Shown here one piece after another: positions 26,401 to 39,759 of a stretch of DNA of 64,000 bases. The translations under genes and the position numbers were made by a program. The stretch's first letter is position 1. The number at the start of each line of letters is the position of its first letter. Under the pieces are notes generated by a model. It had not been told where the DNA came from. It saw only the letters and a list, made by a program, of their open reading frames with translations, and did not search any database. Origin of the DNA: Paramecium tetraurelia (lineage: Eukaryota); contig CT868014.1 of assembly GCA_000165425.1 (NCBI GenBank), forward strand, positions 186,001-250,000, read 5' to 3'.

Positions 26401-28367
26401 TCATTTTATATTAAAAGAATCCTGATTATTTCTCCCAATGACTCCTAATACTCTGTAGGGCTGAAATTCATTAGCATAAACTCTTCGTTAACTACTCAAA
26501 CTGATTGCTCGAGTCTGGCGTTATTTGGGACTCATGCATTCTAAGGCTAGATTGCTGAGATCTAAAATTGGAGGGGCATAGAATTCTCTATCCACAGAAT
26601 GCTTTTAATTTCGAGGACGCAATGAGGGATTTGGATTATTATGTTAAGAACTAGCCATGGAAGGGAGATGATTTAAAGGTTTCAATTGTATTTTGAATGC
26701 ATTTTTAGTCAACGGAGATTATTGTCTAATGTTATTGTTGTTGTACTCTTATTATGAGACTTAGATTACATTGTGCATCTATTGATAATTGGTTTAAATG
26801 ATGTCTTCATTCAAATACTATTTTAACTATTATTTTTTGACTCTTCTTTTTTTCAGTGTTTGTGGGGATTTGGTTGGACTTGGAGTGGTTGATTATTCTA
26901 ATTGTTTTTCACTATTTTATTAATGTGATATTTTAATATCTTAAATTAATTATTGATTATCTTCAGTGGTTTGATTTAGTTTAGTTGATTAAATTATTAA
27001 TTATTATCTGATAATTGGCTTTTCTTGTTTTTCTTTATTCCTGTGAACTGATAATTTCATCATTTGCTCCTACTCTATGTCTTCGATCACAGTAGGTGTT
27101 TGATTCTACAGATTCAAGTTGACCACTCTAATTGGCTATTTGGAAGTGAAGGGTAATAATAATTTGGAAGATTACAGAATGGTCGAATGTGATTACTTGG
27201 TTGAATCTATAGTAGTGTGCAGATCAATGCGAGTATTTTAATCCATTTTATTGGAAACACATGAGATTTTGCTTTTCTGATCTTCAGTCAAGGATTTCTA
27301 ATAGTCTGCAAAAAGTTAATCATAATTGCCTAATAAGAATTCTTACTTTTTGATTTGATTAATCTTCTTTGACATTTCATTATAAAATTCCTTATCGTTC
27401 AACTATTTCTTGTATCCCATCTTATTCAGTAGCATTAGAGTGAGAATGAATTTGTGTAACTTTTGCGATTGTTTCCACTTTTGAAATTGCTCCTCCATGG
27501 TTAATGGTTCATCATTACCGCAATTGAACCAGGGATGTAACAATGCTTAAGTGGCACTGTATCTTTTGGTTGGATTGATTTCTGTTAACCTTCGAAATAG
27601 ACTATATTATATACTCTAGATTAATTATGTCAAAATTACTCATTAAGATACGTTTTGCATTGTTCATGCATCTGCAATTGTGATTAACTTACATCACAGC
27701 CCTTTTTATAATAAGGGTGTTATCCAACGATCAGTTGATACATAATCACTCCAGCAGCCCATATATCGATGGCCTTGTTGTATATCTTATTATTTAATTA
27801 TTCAGGTGCCATATAAATGAGTGTTCCACATTGTTTAGTCATTAAGGAGGCGTATCCTGTGCTTAAGCCGAAATCTGTTACTTTGACGAGGCTCAAATCA
27901 TGAGTGACGAGTATGTTTTCAGGCTTGAGGTCTCTATGGGCGATGTTATTGTTATGCATGTATTGTAAGGCATTGAATATTTAATACATTATGTATTTGA
28001 TCTGCTCTTCGGAACACTTGGGGATGGAACTTAAAGAGCCTACGAATAGATTGATCAGATGTACCTCCCTAAATGAGTTCCATTTCGATAAGTATCCTGG
28101 ACTCAGTCTCATGTACTCCAAAAAACTTCACAATGTTGGGATGTTGCAACTCTTACAAAATATGAGCCTCCTACAATAGTTACTCCAATTGCAACAGGGA
28201 TTTCTTCTTCATTACCTAGAATAAGTTAGGACATGGACAAATACTTTGACTGCCACCAATTGTTGGGTCTCCTTATTTAGGGCCTTCAACACAGTCCCAA
28301 AGGACCCTTGACCCAAAAAGCCTTAGAATTCAAACAGATCAAATGAGAAATCAGGATTGTCATTCAT
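26401..28367 (-). CDS. CAMK-group Ser/Thr kinase with long low-complexity C-terminus
   Basis: [52 protein letters not shown]. Confidence 0.92.
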
Positions 28368-28384
28368 GATTAATAAAATTAATA

Positions 28385-29841
28385 ATGGGATGTGTATGTG
28401 AGAAATCGAAAAGAGTACAACCTGAACCAGCATAAATAGAAGTCCATCCCTGCGAAACTGCTCAACCTCAATCTTAAAATGTGAAATAAACCTCTCTTAA
28501 GAAACTGAAAATACCCTAAGTAGCTTATTGATGTGATTTTGTAGAAGAAGAAGAAAGTAAGGGAAACCCAAAAACTGGTCAAGAGTACCAATGAAGATGT
28601 AAATTAATTATTAAATGGAAGGGAGTGAAAATGATTAACGATTACATTTTTGATGAATTCCTTGGAGAAGGAGCATTTGGCAAAGTCAAATTGGCATTCA
28701 AAAGATCAAGTGGCTAAAAATATGCTATTAAAATCATGAGGAAAAGTAAACTACGACGATAAAGAGAGTATATTAAGGATGCTAAGGGAAGTAGGACTGA
28801 CTATTTAATTAGATATGGTGATCAAGGATGCTCTCTAAGATGTAAGAAGAGAAATTGCCATCATGAAGAAACTCAGACACAAGAATTTAATACAATTGTT
28901 CGAAGTCATTGACAATCCAAACAACGATAAACTATTCATGGGTATTAACTTGTCTCATTATCAGTCCTGGAGTATGCTGAAGGAGGACAAGTGATCGAAT
29001 GGGATGATGATGAATGCAAGTTTTATTAGGTCAATGAGTCAGTTGTACTTGATGAACCATTACTCAATTAGATATTTCGTGATTGTATCAAGGGTCTCAA
29101 TTATTGTAACAGTCCTTCAATTCTATCATCTAGTGCACAAGAATGGAGTGGTACACAGAGACCTAAAACCATAGAATGTTCTCTTGACTGATAATAAAAC
29201 TGCTAAAATTGCTGACTTTGGAGTTTCCACTATGGTCGGCAGTAAAAATGACGTCTTGGATAATACTCAAGGGACTTATTACTTCATGCCCCCAGAAGCT
29301 TGTGATAAGGATAAAGTTAAAGATGGCTATTCTGGTAAGGCTGCTGATATCTGGGCCTTGGGAATTACATTTTTTGCATTCGTCTATTTAGATGTTCCGT
29401 TTACAGGTTCCTCTATTCCTGATATACTTCACAATATCGCTCATAATCAGTATAAAATTCAAAGATTCTTAGAATTACATTCCCAGAAAGAAATGATATT
29501 AGTGATGGTCTCAAAGAGTTTCTCCAATTTATCTTATAAAAAGACCCTAAGGATAGACCTAAGATACCTGATATAGCCAAACATCCATGGTTGAATGCTT
29601 AGAATATGAATCTATGGGATGAAATGTACTCACTCATAAAATATATAGAAACAAAGAAGAGCAAACTGACATGGAGATCGCGTAAGCAGATATAGATAAT
29701 GCTTATTCATTGAGTTCGATAATGATGATTAAAAATTGGGCATTCAAATGGAGAACCACCTCCAATCTTAAAAAGATTACAAATATCCAATAAACATAGG
29801 CATAACCACAACAAATCAATTCAGAATAGATAATTAAATGA
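28385..29841 (+). CDS. CAMKK-like Ser/Thr kinase with N-terminal MGC acylation motif
   Basis: MGCVCEK, GVKMINDY, LGEGAFGKVKL, RREIAIMKKLRHKNLIQLFEVIDNPNNDKLFM, HRDLKPQN, TQGTYYFMPPEAC, YSGKAADIWALG. Confidence 0.88.
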
Positions 29842-29871
29842 TAAAAATGAATAATAAATTATTTTACTCAA

Positions 29872-31142
29872 TCAATCAGTTAAAACCATAATATGACTAA
29901 AACCCAAAGCAATATCCTTAATCTTAATATTTTCCAATCCCAATTCTGGAATCAACCTAGTGTATGTTTCATAATATGGGACATCCATGTATCTCAAGTC
30001 TTCTCCCCCCCAAATAATGCAGTCTCCTTTACTTGTTAAAACCGCAGATCTATCAAATTTAGCATATATCTTAACGATCTTCTCATCTGCATCAAGTGGT
30101 AAATTGATTTCAGTTTAGCCACTAAACTCAAAATCAAATTTAGACTTCACTCCCATCTAATTGTGCAATAGACAACCAAAAAATATTAGTCTATTGTTGC
30201 TAGTTAATACTAGATTGTGAGCTTATCCTGAAACAATCTATTAAATTGATTCATCAGGTTGTAGATCTAAAAATACTTCTGTAGGTTCTTTTATTCTATC
30301 TATTTCATTATTCATTCCACATTATCCATACATATTTTAACCACAAGCATAAATTCTATTATCAGAAACCTACAAAAGAGTGTGATGAGCACCAGAACTA
30401 ATCCTCTAGATCTTTTGATTGCCAATATCCATCAATTATCTATGCTATGTAAATTCAACTAAGAACAACTATTAACTTTTAATCAATACCATAAATCTAT
30501 TCTTAGTCGTTCCTTCTTGTTTCAGTAAATTAATAATGATTTTTTTTGCCAGATCCATACACAACTCCTCCTTCAGTCAATAACAAACTGTGTTAATAAC
30601 CACATGCTACTTAAATCACCTTATCTTTAGTTGGCAATTACAATTATTTAAACTAAAATTAATACTTTAATTCACCATTCCCCAACTAGCCTTTGTAGTT
30701 TTCTCCCATCCCATAACATACTCCATCATTCATCTGTATTATAATAAAACTGCCTCCGACTGCAAATGATTTGATTGGAGCATCCATAATAGGCTTATTT
30801 AATAGAACTGGTTGAACAATGCCACCTCTCATCGATAACATTGTACCAAGAGGAGAATATTTCTAATGTTGACTCTGATTATAATACTTGCCATAATTAA
30901 CATAGAGTGGGATTTCTCTTATAAAATGAGAGTGTTCTATTTTCAGTCATTGTGTCTAATTGCCAACCCCAATGTAATAATTGTCCATCTTACAATAATG
31001 CAAATGATTATGTCATGTTGGCTTCCAGTTATTTAACTCCCACGTTTTACAAATCAGGAACGAGTGCAAACTGCTCTAGACTTTTGAAATTGCCTTGTCC
31101 CAATTAGCCCATAAAATTCAAGCCTTTTGCAAATACTTTCAT
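29872..31142 (-). CDS. RCC1-repeat beta-propeller protein
   Basis: MKVFAKGLNFMGQLGQG, GMGENYKGQLGNG, VACGYQHSLLLT, ISSGAHHTL, ACGQNMYGQCG, IALGFSHIMVL. Confidence 0.87.
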
Positions 31143-31150
31143 TAATTAAA

Positions 31151-32042
31151 ATGTAAGATAAATAAAAACCAAAATTATTCCTCGAAAAATTATTCGATTT
31201 ATTAGAGGTATATTCAATTGTAAATAGTCTGGTGAAGCAAGTAACATTATTCAATGGACTGTCGATAAAGATGCTATCAAAATTATTAATCGAGTACAAT
31301 TGATTCGCGACATCCTACCCAACATTTTCAAATAAACATCTTATAAGAGCTTTACTAAATAGATGAATCTTTACAATTTTAAGAGTACAAAGGATGAAAG
31401 TGGCTTTACTGTCTTTATTAATCCACATTTTACTCAGAGTTCGCTGAATCTTACATAAATCATGGCAGAGAAACGAACCATTAAAAAGTCAAAGAAGGAA
31501 GACACTAAGAAGAGAAGTGAACTGCAACAAGAACATGAATAGCTCAAATAAAAATTGATGGCATTGTTCAAGTATTAAGTGACTCTTTAAAATGAAATCA
31601 AAACATAATTGGAAATCCACAAGCATCTTCAAATGAGAGTGGGCATAATTAAAAAATGTATTTATCATCGCAAAGAGAATGGATTAAAGAGAAGAAGAAA
31701 AATTTATAATTTTTTGAATTCCTTTTTTACACATCTCAAATCTTCAGTTATATGTATTCATTTAACATTTACAGAAATTAGGTCAAAAATTTCTAATTTT
31801 GAATCATGATCTAATTTGTTAATGTGATGACAACGATGAAGAATAATGTCTAGACTTTTAGAATTTCTAGGTCATTATATCAAACACCTTACTTGACACC
31901 AAGAAACCTTACAATTTTCTAATAAAATTCTATAAGATAATTACAAGATTTATTCTACGACGAAGATAATAAGCCAAAGTCTTTTTTATAATTAACACCT
32001 GAATAATAAAAATAATATATTGAAACTATCTGGGATGATTGA
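31151..32042 (+). CDS. HSF-type DNA-binding domain protein with coiled coil (3' end approximate)
   Basis: KLFLEKLFDLLE..NIIQW..LPNIFKQTSYKSFTKQMNLYNFK. 20-nt first intron. Confidence 0.82.
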
Positions 32043-32253
32043 TTTATATACATATATATAAATAATATCATTTGATTAATCAGACCTCTTCATTATCCAA
32101 GATAATAATTACACATATATTTTATACGTCAATCTTAGCTAAAATCACATAAATCAAATTAGAGATTATAATTCTTAATTAGAAATTTATGCTTTTATTA
32201 GTTGATTTTAAATTGTTTAAATTAATACACATTTTTATTAATTTTATTAATTA

Positions 32254-32716
32254 ATGATTAGCACTCCAATAAATAATACTCAATCAGAAATCAAAGAATA
32301 CATTGACAAAACCCAATAAACTATTCATGCTCAAAAATAAATTGTTGATATCCTTGATGCTCAAATTGACCAATTATTCAAATTATAAAATATCAGAAAT
32401 CAAATTGATTAAACTTCTAATTACACTTAGAATTTAATAATCGAACTCAAAAAATAAGAAAAAGAGTTAGAAGGTATATCATCAGAGTAGGATGAGTTAA
32501 TAAGAACATTAGAAAAAGCAGTTGCAAGTGAAGAGTAAGTAGAACATGATGCTGCTCGTTTGCATCAATAAGAAAAAACTTTAATTTAGAGAATGTCTAA
32601 TTACATTTAGGAAGTATAGCAGTAAAATATTTAATTAGATTAAAAGCGGTTAAAACACAAGTTTAAACTTAACATAAACATATTTTTAAGTTTTAGATAA
32701 GCAAGCCTAAAAATGA
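32254..32716 (+). CDS. Small coiled-coil hypothetical protein (3' end uncertain)
   Basis: MISTPINNTQSEIKEYIDKTQQTIHAQKQIVDILDAQIDQLF..., open for ~135 codons. Confidence 0.55.
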
Positions 32717-33305
32717 ATGTATATAAAATGTATTAAATGTTTAAAAATTATTTAAAACAACTTCTTTTCATTAATCTCAAATATTATGAAATAAATCTTA
32801 GGTATTTTGAGAGAGAGTTTAGACTTTAACAAAATAATAATTATGCAAAAGCAATATTGACTATTTTTATGTATAAATTCTATTAACAATTGTTCACAGT
32901 TTGATACATAACAAATAAATTCTAGGGAAAAAAATTTAACCTGGATTCTCAACTTAAATCAAATATTTATATTATTGTATACAAAATTAATATAAAATGA
33001 GATAAATTAATTTAATTTAAAAAAATCTATTAGTTCATTTAGTGTTGGCGAATCAATCTATTTAACAATATCTATCTCTATATTTCATTACAATTTCGTT
33101 TATTTCATCATAGTCATTCCAAAAAGATAACTCTGAAAATAACGACAAATTTAAAAGCAGAATCAGTTATTTAATTGCTTAATGGATATGCTGCCATTTT
33201 GTAAGCTAGAGTGCGTTCCATTCTAGTAAAAGCTGATTATATTGAAGTATTGTTTTCTGTTTATAATAAATTTTATTATTGAAGTTTGAATAATATAAAT
33301 ATTCC

Positions 33306-34242
33306 ATGAATAATTAACCAAAAAACGAAAATAGAAGCTTTATGAAAATTCTAATTCAAATTTTAGATGTATTTTAAATAAATATTAAGAATTAATCATT
33401 ATAAAATATCATTAGAAAGAATGAAGATAATAATGGATTCATTGTAGTAAATTAAAAAGAGTTTGTTTAAAAGATCCTATTCTAATATTATAAGTCAAAA
33501 AAATTTGCTAGTTTCCGAAGGTATTGTTATAGCTAAAATCGAGATCTTTAAACTCTTATGGATTTTAAGTCTATAAATTATAAAATGGGTAAAAGCTATT
33601 CATTAATAAGAATATTATTTCAATCAATACAAATATTCATAAAAGAAGTTAAACTACAAATTTTTAGAATTATTACTAATAAATAGAATCTGATCATCAA
33701 ATTTTATTTTTATAACTTTCTTAGTTGAAAAGAAGTTAAGAATAGATGGAGGAAAATATTAGAAAACTACTTTCCATTCAATAGGAATTAACATAAAAGT
33801 TGCAAATTACAATGATAGTAAGAAAATTCTTGAATATTAGAAATATATCCAAGGTATATTAGATTCCTATCTAACAGGTAAGAAAGCAGAAAAATTTGTG
33901 TTACAATTTTGTTTTTCAATAAATAATAAACAATTCAGTAACTTATTGATATATTCATTAGAAAAATTCATGAAGAATATATTTAAAAAAGCATTATCCT
34001 TACCAGATATAAACTACTACCCAATTAATGATTAATAATTAGAAATATCGAATCACAAATACTCAAATATTGGATTCTTAGATTAAAACATAGAACCAAT
34101 CTTTAATATAAATAACTTTTTCTCACTTTAATAATTTAATAGTATGTTTTTAAGCAATCGTAATTACGACAGTATAGAGAAAGAGGAAGATTATGATAGT
34201 AATTTAAGTAATTTTTTTTGTTTTAATCAAATAGAAATGTGA
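33306..34242 (+). CDS. Divergent HSF-type DNA-binding domain protein
   Basis: SFMKILIQILD..NIIRKNEDNNGFIVVNQKEFVQKILFQYYKSKKFASFRRSLNSYGF. TGA at 34240-34242. Confidence 0.72.
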
Positions 34243-34282
34243 TTTTAATAATGTATTCTAATTCTCTCAGTAATTAACAATC

Positions 34283-36224
34283 TCAAAATTGTCTGATTTA
34301 GCCTTTTGATATTTTTTCAAATAATTAATCAATACTTTGCTATTTTTATTTACATTCTGTTAAAATAGTCTCGATTGGTTCTTATCTAATATACTAAAAT
34401 TACAATTAATGCTATTACCTCTAGATAATCGACGGGAGATTTTTAAAGAATTTATGTAGGACTCAATTTCAAAAGGTATGAGACAATTAAAGCTAGACTA
34501 AATAAGACTTAAATAATAATCTCTTATTAAGTTTTGAGATCGTTTTGGATTATCTAATTGTTTTAAATTTATTACATTAAATGTAGGCACTTTTGCAATA
34601 AACAGTTTTGTCTAATCTCTCAATAGTTCAAATAAAGTATATTATGAAGTTTTATTGATGATATCTGATATTTTCTAATCAACATTTCCTTTCATCCTTG
34701 CTCTTTCTAGATTTGTTTGGGATAACCTCAACATCTAAGAGAATTACGAATCTATAATTTTGTGTTCTTCATCTATTTTTTTCTAAAAATTATCATATTA
34801 TTCTTGTAAATTTTGATTGAAACATTGTTCAAATTTGGTAGCATTTTTAATCTCATCAATCTGTTAAATTAATGATTGTGAAATGAGATAAATAATCTTT
34901 AAGATTACAAATTATAAGGTAAATGACTGAAATTCCTGATCAAAGAGTCTTACATAGCTTAGAGTTGCTGATAGACTCGAATACATATTTCTATCATAAA
35001 CTAACTAAAATACCGTTATTCAATGTAATAGTCTACTTATTTCTTTAATAAATTTGTTCGTTGAGATTTAAAAAGATCTTTTACGATGGATAATTATTTT
35101 GAAAATTACTCAGATTCCTCATTCAAAGCTAAAATACAATTAAATCATTTCAAATTTTACCATTATCACTTTTTTGAGCAGGTTCTTCTATATTATTATT
35201 GACAGCTTGATTATTTTATTCTATCTCTTAATAAAACTATCTATTCTTTTCACAATCAAAGGTCTTTGTTACGAGATCTGATCTTGTAATTAATTTATTG
35301 ATGGAAATCGATAATAGTGTAGACTAAACAATATAATCATTGGCAATGTTGAGTAATTTCAACAAAGGATGAGAGTATACTTATGACCAATTTAATCTTT
35401 GACTGGGTTCATACTTAAGAGTTAATTTGAGAAAATCAATTGTTTCCATGCTTACAGCTTGATCTTGGCAAGTGAAATCCTATTATGATAATTCTATTTA
35501 CTATGTTATTTTATTTGATTTTTTCAATCAATTCGGTTTTTGTTTCACCATTAAATGGGAATCTCTTGAATATCATTTTAAAGTAGAGAACACTTGCAGT
35601 GTATAAATCAGAGGCCATAGAAAAAATTGTTTAATTTTGTAGAATTTCAGGTGGAATTATTTCTTTGACAATTCCAAATTTTTTGAAATCCTCTTCAGTT
35701 TACATATTTGCTAGTTAATCAGAACAGATGTTGATCTGTCCTATTTTAATTGAGTCGTTGCTTTTAAAAATGTTCTTAGGACTAAGATCTACAAAAGTAA
35801 TCTTATTTTCATGCAAGGCTAAATATGCTTTTTTATCTTACATTTTAATCCATTTAAGATTTCTCTAAAATAACATTTCGCTTTATCTTCATTTATATTT
35901 GATGTATTCATAATATCATCTAAAGTCCCTTAATTTAGTTATTCCATGAATATATAGTAATTATTTTCTGACTCTACGAATTCAAGGTATTGAATGACAT
36001 TTCTACTTTAAACCGAATAAATTTTCTTGAAATTCTAAAGAATATTAGGGATTATCGGAGGCTTTGCAATTATTTAACACACACATTATCCACTTTCGCC
36101 TGTAAATTAATTTCTGGAAATGTATACCTTTTTCTGGGTTTAGTTTGAGAGCATTATGATAGACTCGCTTTTAGTTTGCTAATATTTCTTATTGAATCAA
36201 AAAGTCTTTGATCTATTTATTCAT
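34283..36224 (-). CDS. Protein kinase-like (probable pseudokinase) with helical C-terminus
   Basis: NVIQYLEFVESENNYYIFMEQLNQGTL, SLHENKITFVDLSPKNIF, IKIGQIN, IIPPEIL, SDLYTASV, FLKLTLKYEPSQRLNW. 3' end approximate. Confidence 0.78.
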
Positions 36225-36270
36225 TGATAAAAATTATAAGAATATTTATAAATATTTGTAAACAAAATCC

Positions 36271-37168
36271 TCAAACTTCTACTTCAAATTTGAATTACAG
36301 TGGGAATAGTTGATCAGTGTTTTATGAAAATTGCAACTTATTTGAAACTTAGTATTTCATTCTATTATATTTTCCTGAAATTCCAATAATCCCGAATCCA
36401 TTTTGGTTGAACTAAATCTAAATGTGAAACTAATACTTTAGTAATCAGGAATAGATTTTCATCAACCTTGTGTCTCAATCCAAAATTTAAAGAAGTAGTA
36501 TATTTGTTTAATTTATAAGTTCTATTGATTTTGAATGCCAATTGAGTGTTTTCTTTGAAAGGTGATTAAATCATCATGCTTGATTCATTTTATTAACTAA
36601 GTTATTAGAAACATAATAGATTACTAGCAAAATTTGATTTTTCTATCTCCACTTTCTGCAAATTGACAGAATTACGAGAATTATAATTACTTATTTTTGA
36701 AACACATTTCAAGGATTGTTTTCATCTTCCAATCATTCCATAAGTATTTTTTTCTAGCAAAGAAATTGAAATCAGATGACTTTTGCGTTTTGTTGTATTC
36801 ACAATAGAATTAATACTGTTTCTCTAGAGTCAGTTTGAATCCTGCATTAAATTATTGGAGAACATCAACAACATTGGGAGATTTGACAAATAGTTTGATA
36901 GTTTCATCAAGTTTGTAAGTGGCGAAAATGCTGTAAGTTGAATCATTAGCAAAAGTATTGATTAAGCTGAACCTGGGAGTGATGTATTTAAATTTGGCTT
37001 AGGCAGCAAATTATTGATTGGTTCCATTGCATCTGGCTGAATAACTCTATTTAATTGAATAAGGGAATAAGATACAAAGGGTTCCTCTTTGTCTTTGGAT
37101 TTGAAGACAAACTCAGTGTTGTGATTGTTTAGGCGTAATAAATTGGAGTCTTTTGGATATTAATGCAT
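36271..37168 (-). CDS. Hypothetical protein
   Basis: MHQYPKDSNLLRLNNHNTEFVFKSKDKEEPFVSY... No domain recognised. Confidence 0.55.
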
Positions 37169-37198
37169 AAAATATTCAATAATATATATTTTAATAAA

Positions 37199-37629
37199 AT
37201 GTAAAATAATCCTGTGCTATAAAAGTTTCTATAGAACAACCCGTTCGTAGAAGGAATTGTCTTAATGGATAAGGAAGGAATAGAGTAAGAAATATAGAGA
37301 AACTTAGAATTATAGCCGCATTCTAAAATGAAAATAGCAAGTTGAAAACAGGAGCATAATCATTGATGTATGTGGTGGCTATTCAATAATGCAATGAAAA
37401 TTTAAGAAAACTCTCAGATTCTGAAACTAAGCAAATCACATTAGTTTATGAGTATTAAATGCTTTGTAATCTTAGTGAATGGATTCTCTATTTCGAAATT
37501 TGGACCCATTCAATTTTGATATTTTACTGTAATATCAAAGCAAATATTGTGTCATTAAAATAACTTGGTCAGGAATTAAAGCGTATACTTTCCCCGTATA
37601 ATGATTTATTAGAAAAATAGCAAAAATGA
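37199..37629 (+). CDS. LAMTOR3: LAMTOR3/MP1-like roadblock protein (Ragulator subunit)
   Basis: After two introns: VEGIVLMDKEGIEII..NLRKLSDSETKQITLVYDEWILYF..ANIVSLKQLGQELKRIL. Matches LAMTOR3 (IVVSDRDGVPVI..SKLGLSKNKSIICYY..ANTGLIVSLEKEL) and its ~125-aa length. Confidence 0.72.
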
Positions 37630-37653
37630 ATTAAATATATTTAATCATATATT

Positions 37654-38472
37654 ATGTCCTTGAGAACATTTACATTGTTATGCTTGTTGTATATAGGCTA
37701 TTGTAAAGAATCAGGGGAAAAACATCTGAAAATTCTTACATAGTCAATAGGATCAATGTTAGTTTCTGAAATTGGTGACAAAGTATATCTATATTTTGAG
37801 ATAAAAATAGACTTTCTTCTTAGCAGCAATTTTGTCAATGAAGTTTAATAGACTAGCTGTTTTTGCTGGAGCAACAGCAGCCCTAGTCTTAATGACAGGA
37901 ATCAGTTGTGCTTTCGGTATAATAGTTCCAACTCTCTTGCCCCGCTTTTATACTGCAATAGTCGTGACGATTATATTTTACTTCTTTGGAGCTAAATTAC
38001 TCTTCGATTGGTATCATATGGAGAATGACGGGGATAAAGAAGAATTGAAATAAGTAGAAATGGAGCTTGAAGAATTGGACAAAAAATTACTGAGTAGCCA
38101 CAAAATTATTGATCCTGAAAATCCCTCAGAAGGACAAAAATCAAGTAATAATCTATGTAGATAGATCCAGATTTGTCAGCTGTAGTGCCTATTCAATAAA
38201 TTATATGGTAAGCATTTATCATGACCTTTTTGGGAGAATGGGGTGATAGAAGTTAAATTACTACCATAAGTTTATCTGCTGTTTAAGATACAGATATCGT
38301 GTTTCTAGGATGCAGCTTAGGCCATCTAATGTGTACAACAATAGCTATACTTGGAGGAAAACTCTTAGCTAACTAAATCTCTGAAAAGACCGTTAATTTG
38401 GTTGGAGGAATTGTGTTTATCATTTTTGGGTTGATGCATACTTACGATTTAATGACAGGACACTTAGATTGA
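37654..38472 (+). CDS. GDT1: GDT1/TMEM165 (UPF0016) Ca2+/Mn2+ transporter
   Basis: Two signature motifs, SEIGDKTFF and GEWGDRSQI. Hydrophobic helices and an acidic central loop. Confidence 0.93.
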
Positions 38473-38678
38473 TATTATACAAATATAGATAACAATTAAA
38501 TGATTCATCTCATTTCTTAAAATTTTAAAAATTAATCAAATCAAGATAAAATTTTTCAGAGTAGGCTAAAAATCACTTGATTTTATTATAGCTCTGTAGA
38601 TACAGAGTGGGAAATATAAAAGTTTATAAAACTTGAATTGTTTATAAAAAAAAAAGAATATCTTATTTTTAAATATTA

Positions 38679-39726
38679 ATGGGAAAGAAGGAAACAAAGG
38701 ATAAAAAGCCTGCTTAATTCAAGTATTTCATTTGTGAATTGCTATTAGAAAGATCTATGAGTTGTTATCAAAATACACTTAAGTGATTATCGTTGGATTG
38801 GCTAATGTTGGATCCAAATAAGTGTAAGACATTAGAAGAATTTTGGCTAAAAGAAATGCTCTTCTCGTGATCGGAAAGAATGTAATGAAGCAATTCTATA
38901 TATAGACATTATTTAAGAAGGTTTTGGCAACAAGAGTGTAAGATTTACCAGAAGGCCATGAATATTATGAAGAATTAAAGAAGTTTGGAGCTGCAATTAA
39001 AGAATTAGATGTCTTGAAGAATTAAGTAGCTGGCAAAGTAGGATTTATTTTCACTGACACCGCTGTCTTTGATCTTAAATCTGTCATTGAAGAAAATAAG
39101 GTTGAAACACCAGCAAGAGTTGGTGCTGTTGCCCCAATTGATGTTGTTATACCACCTGGACCAACTGGTATGGACCCAGCTTCAATTCAATTCTTCCATG
39201 CATTACAAATACCAACCAAAATCGAAAAAGGATAAATCTAAATTACCAAGGACTTTGTGGTTTTGAAAACAGGATAAAAAGTTGGTTAATCATAAGCTGT
39301 TTTATTATAAAAATTGGGAAAGAAGCCATTTTTATATGGAATGGAAGTGTTGTCCTGTTATGACAATGGATCTATTTTGAATAAATAATAAGTATCCGTT
39401 AATTTGAATGATGTTCTTGCTAAATTCTAAAAGAATGTGACAAACATTTCTGCAATCTCATTGGCTAATGGTATTTTGATATATTCATATTTTTAGGTTG
39501 GGTGAATGAAGCATCAGCTCCACACGTTTTGGCTAATGCTTTCAAGGAATTGGCTGCCATTGGATTGTAATCAGGATTTATTTTTGATCAAATCAAACAA
39601 TCCAACGCTCCAGCTCCAACCTCAGCCCCTGTTGCTGCCAAAGTTGAGGATAAACCTGCTTAATAAGCCCCAGCTAAAGCAGAAGAACCTGAAGAAGATG
39701 TTGATATGGGTGGCTTATTCGATTGA
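38679..39726 (+). CDS. RPLP0: 60S acidic ribosomal protein P0 (uL10)
   Basis: NVGSKQVQDIR, GKVGFIFT, PARVGAVAPIDV, GPTGMDP, FFHALQIPTKI, C-terminal EEDVDMGGLFD*. Confidence 0.97.
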
Positions 39727-39759
39727 TAAAGTATAGTAAAAATAATAATATAAAATACA

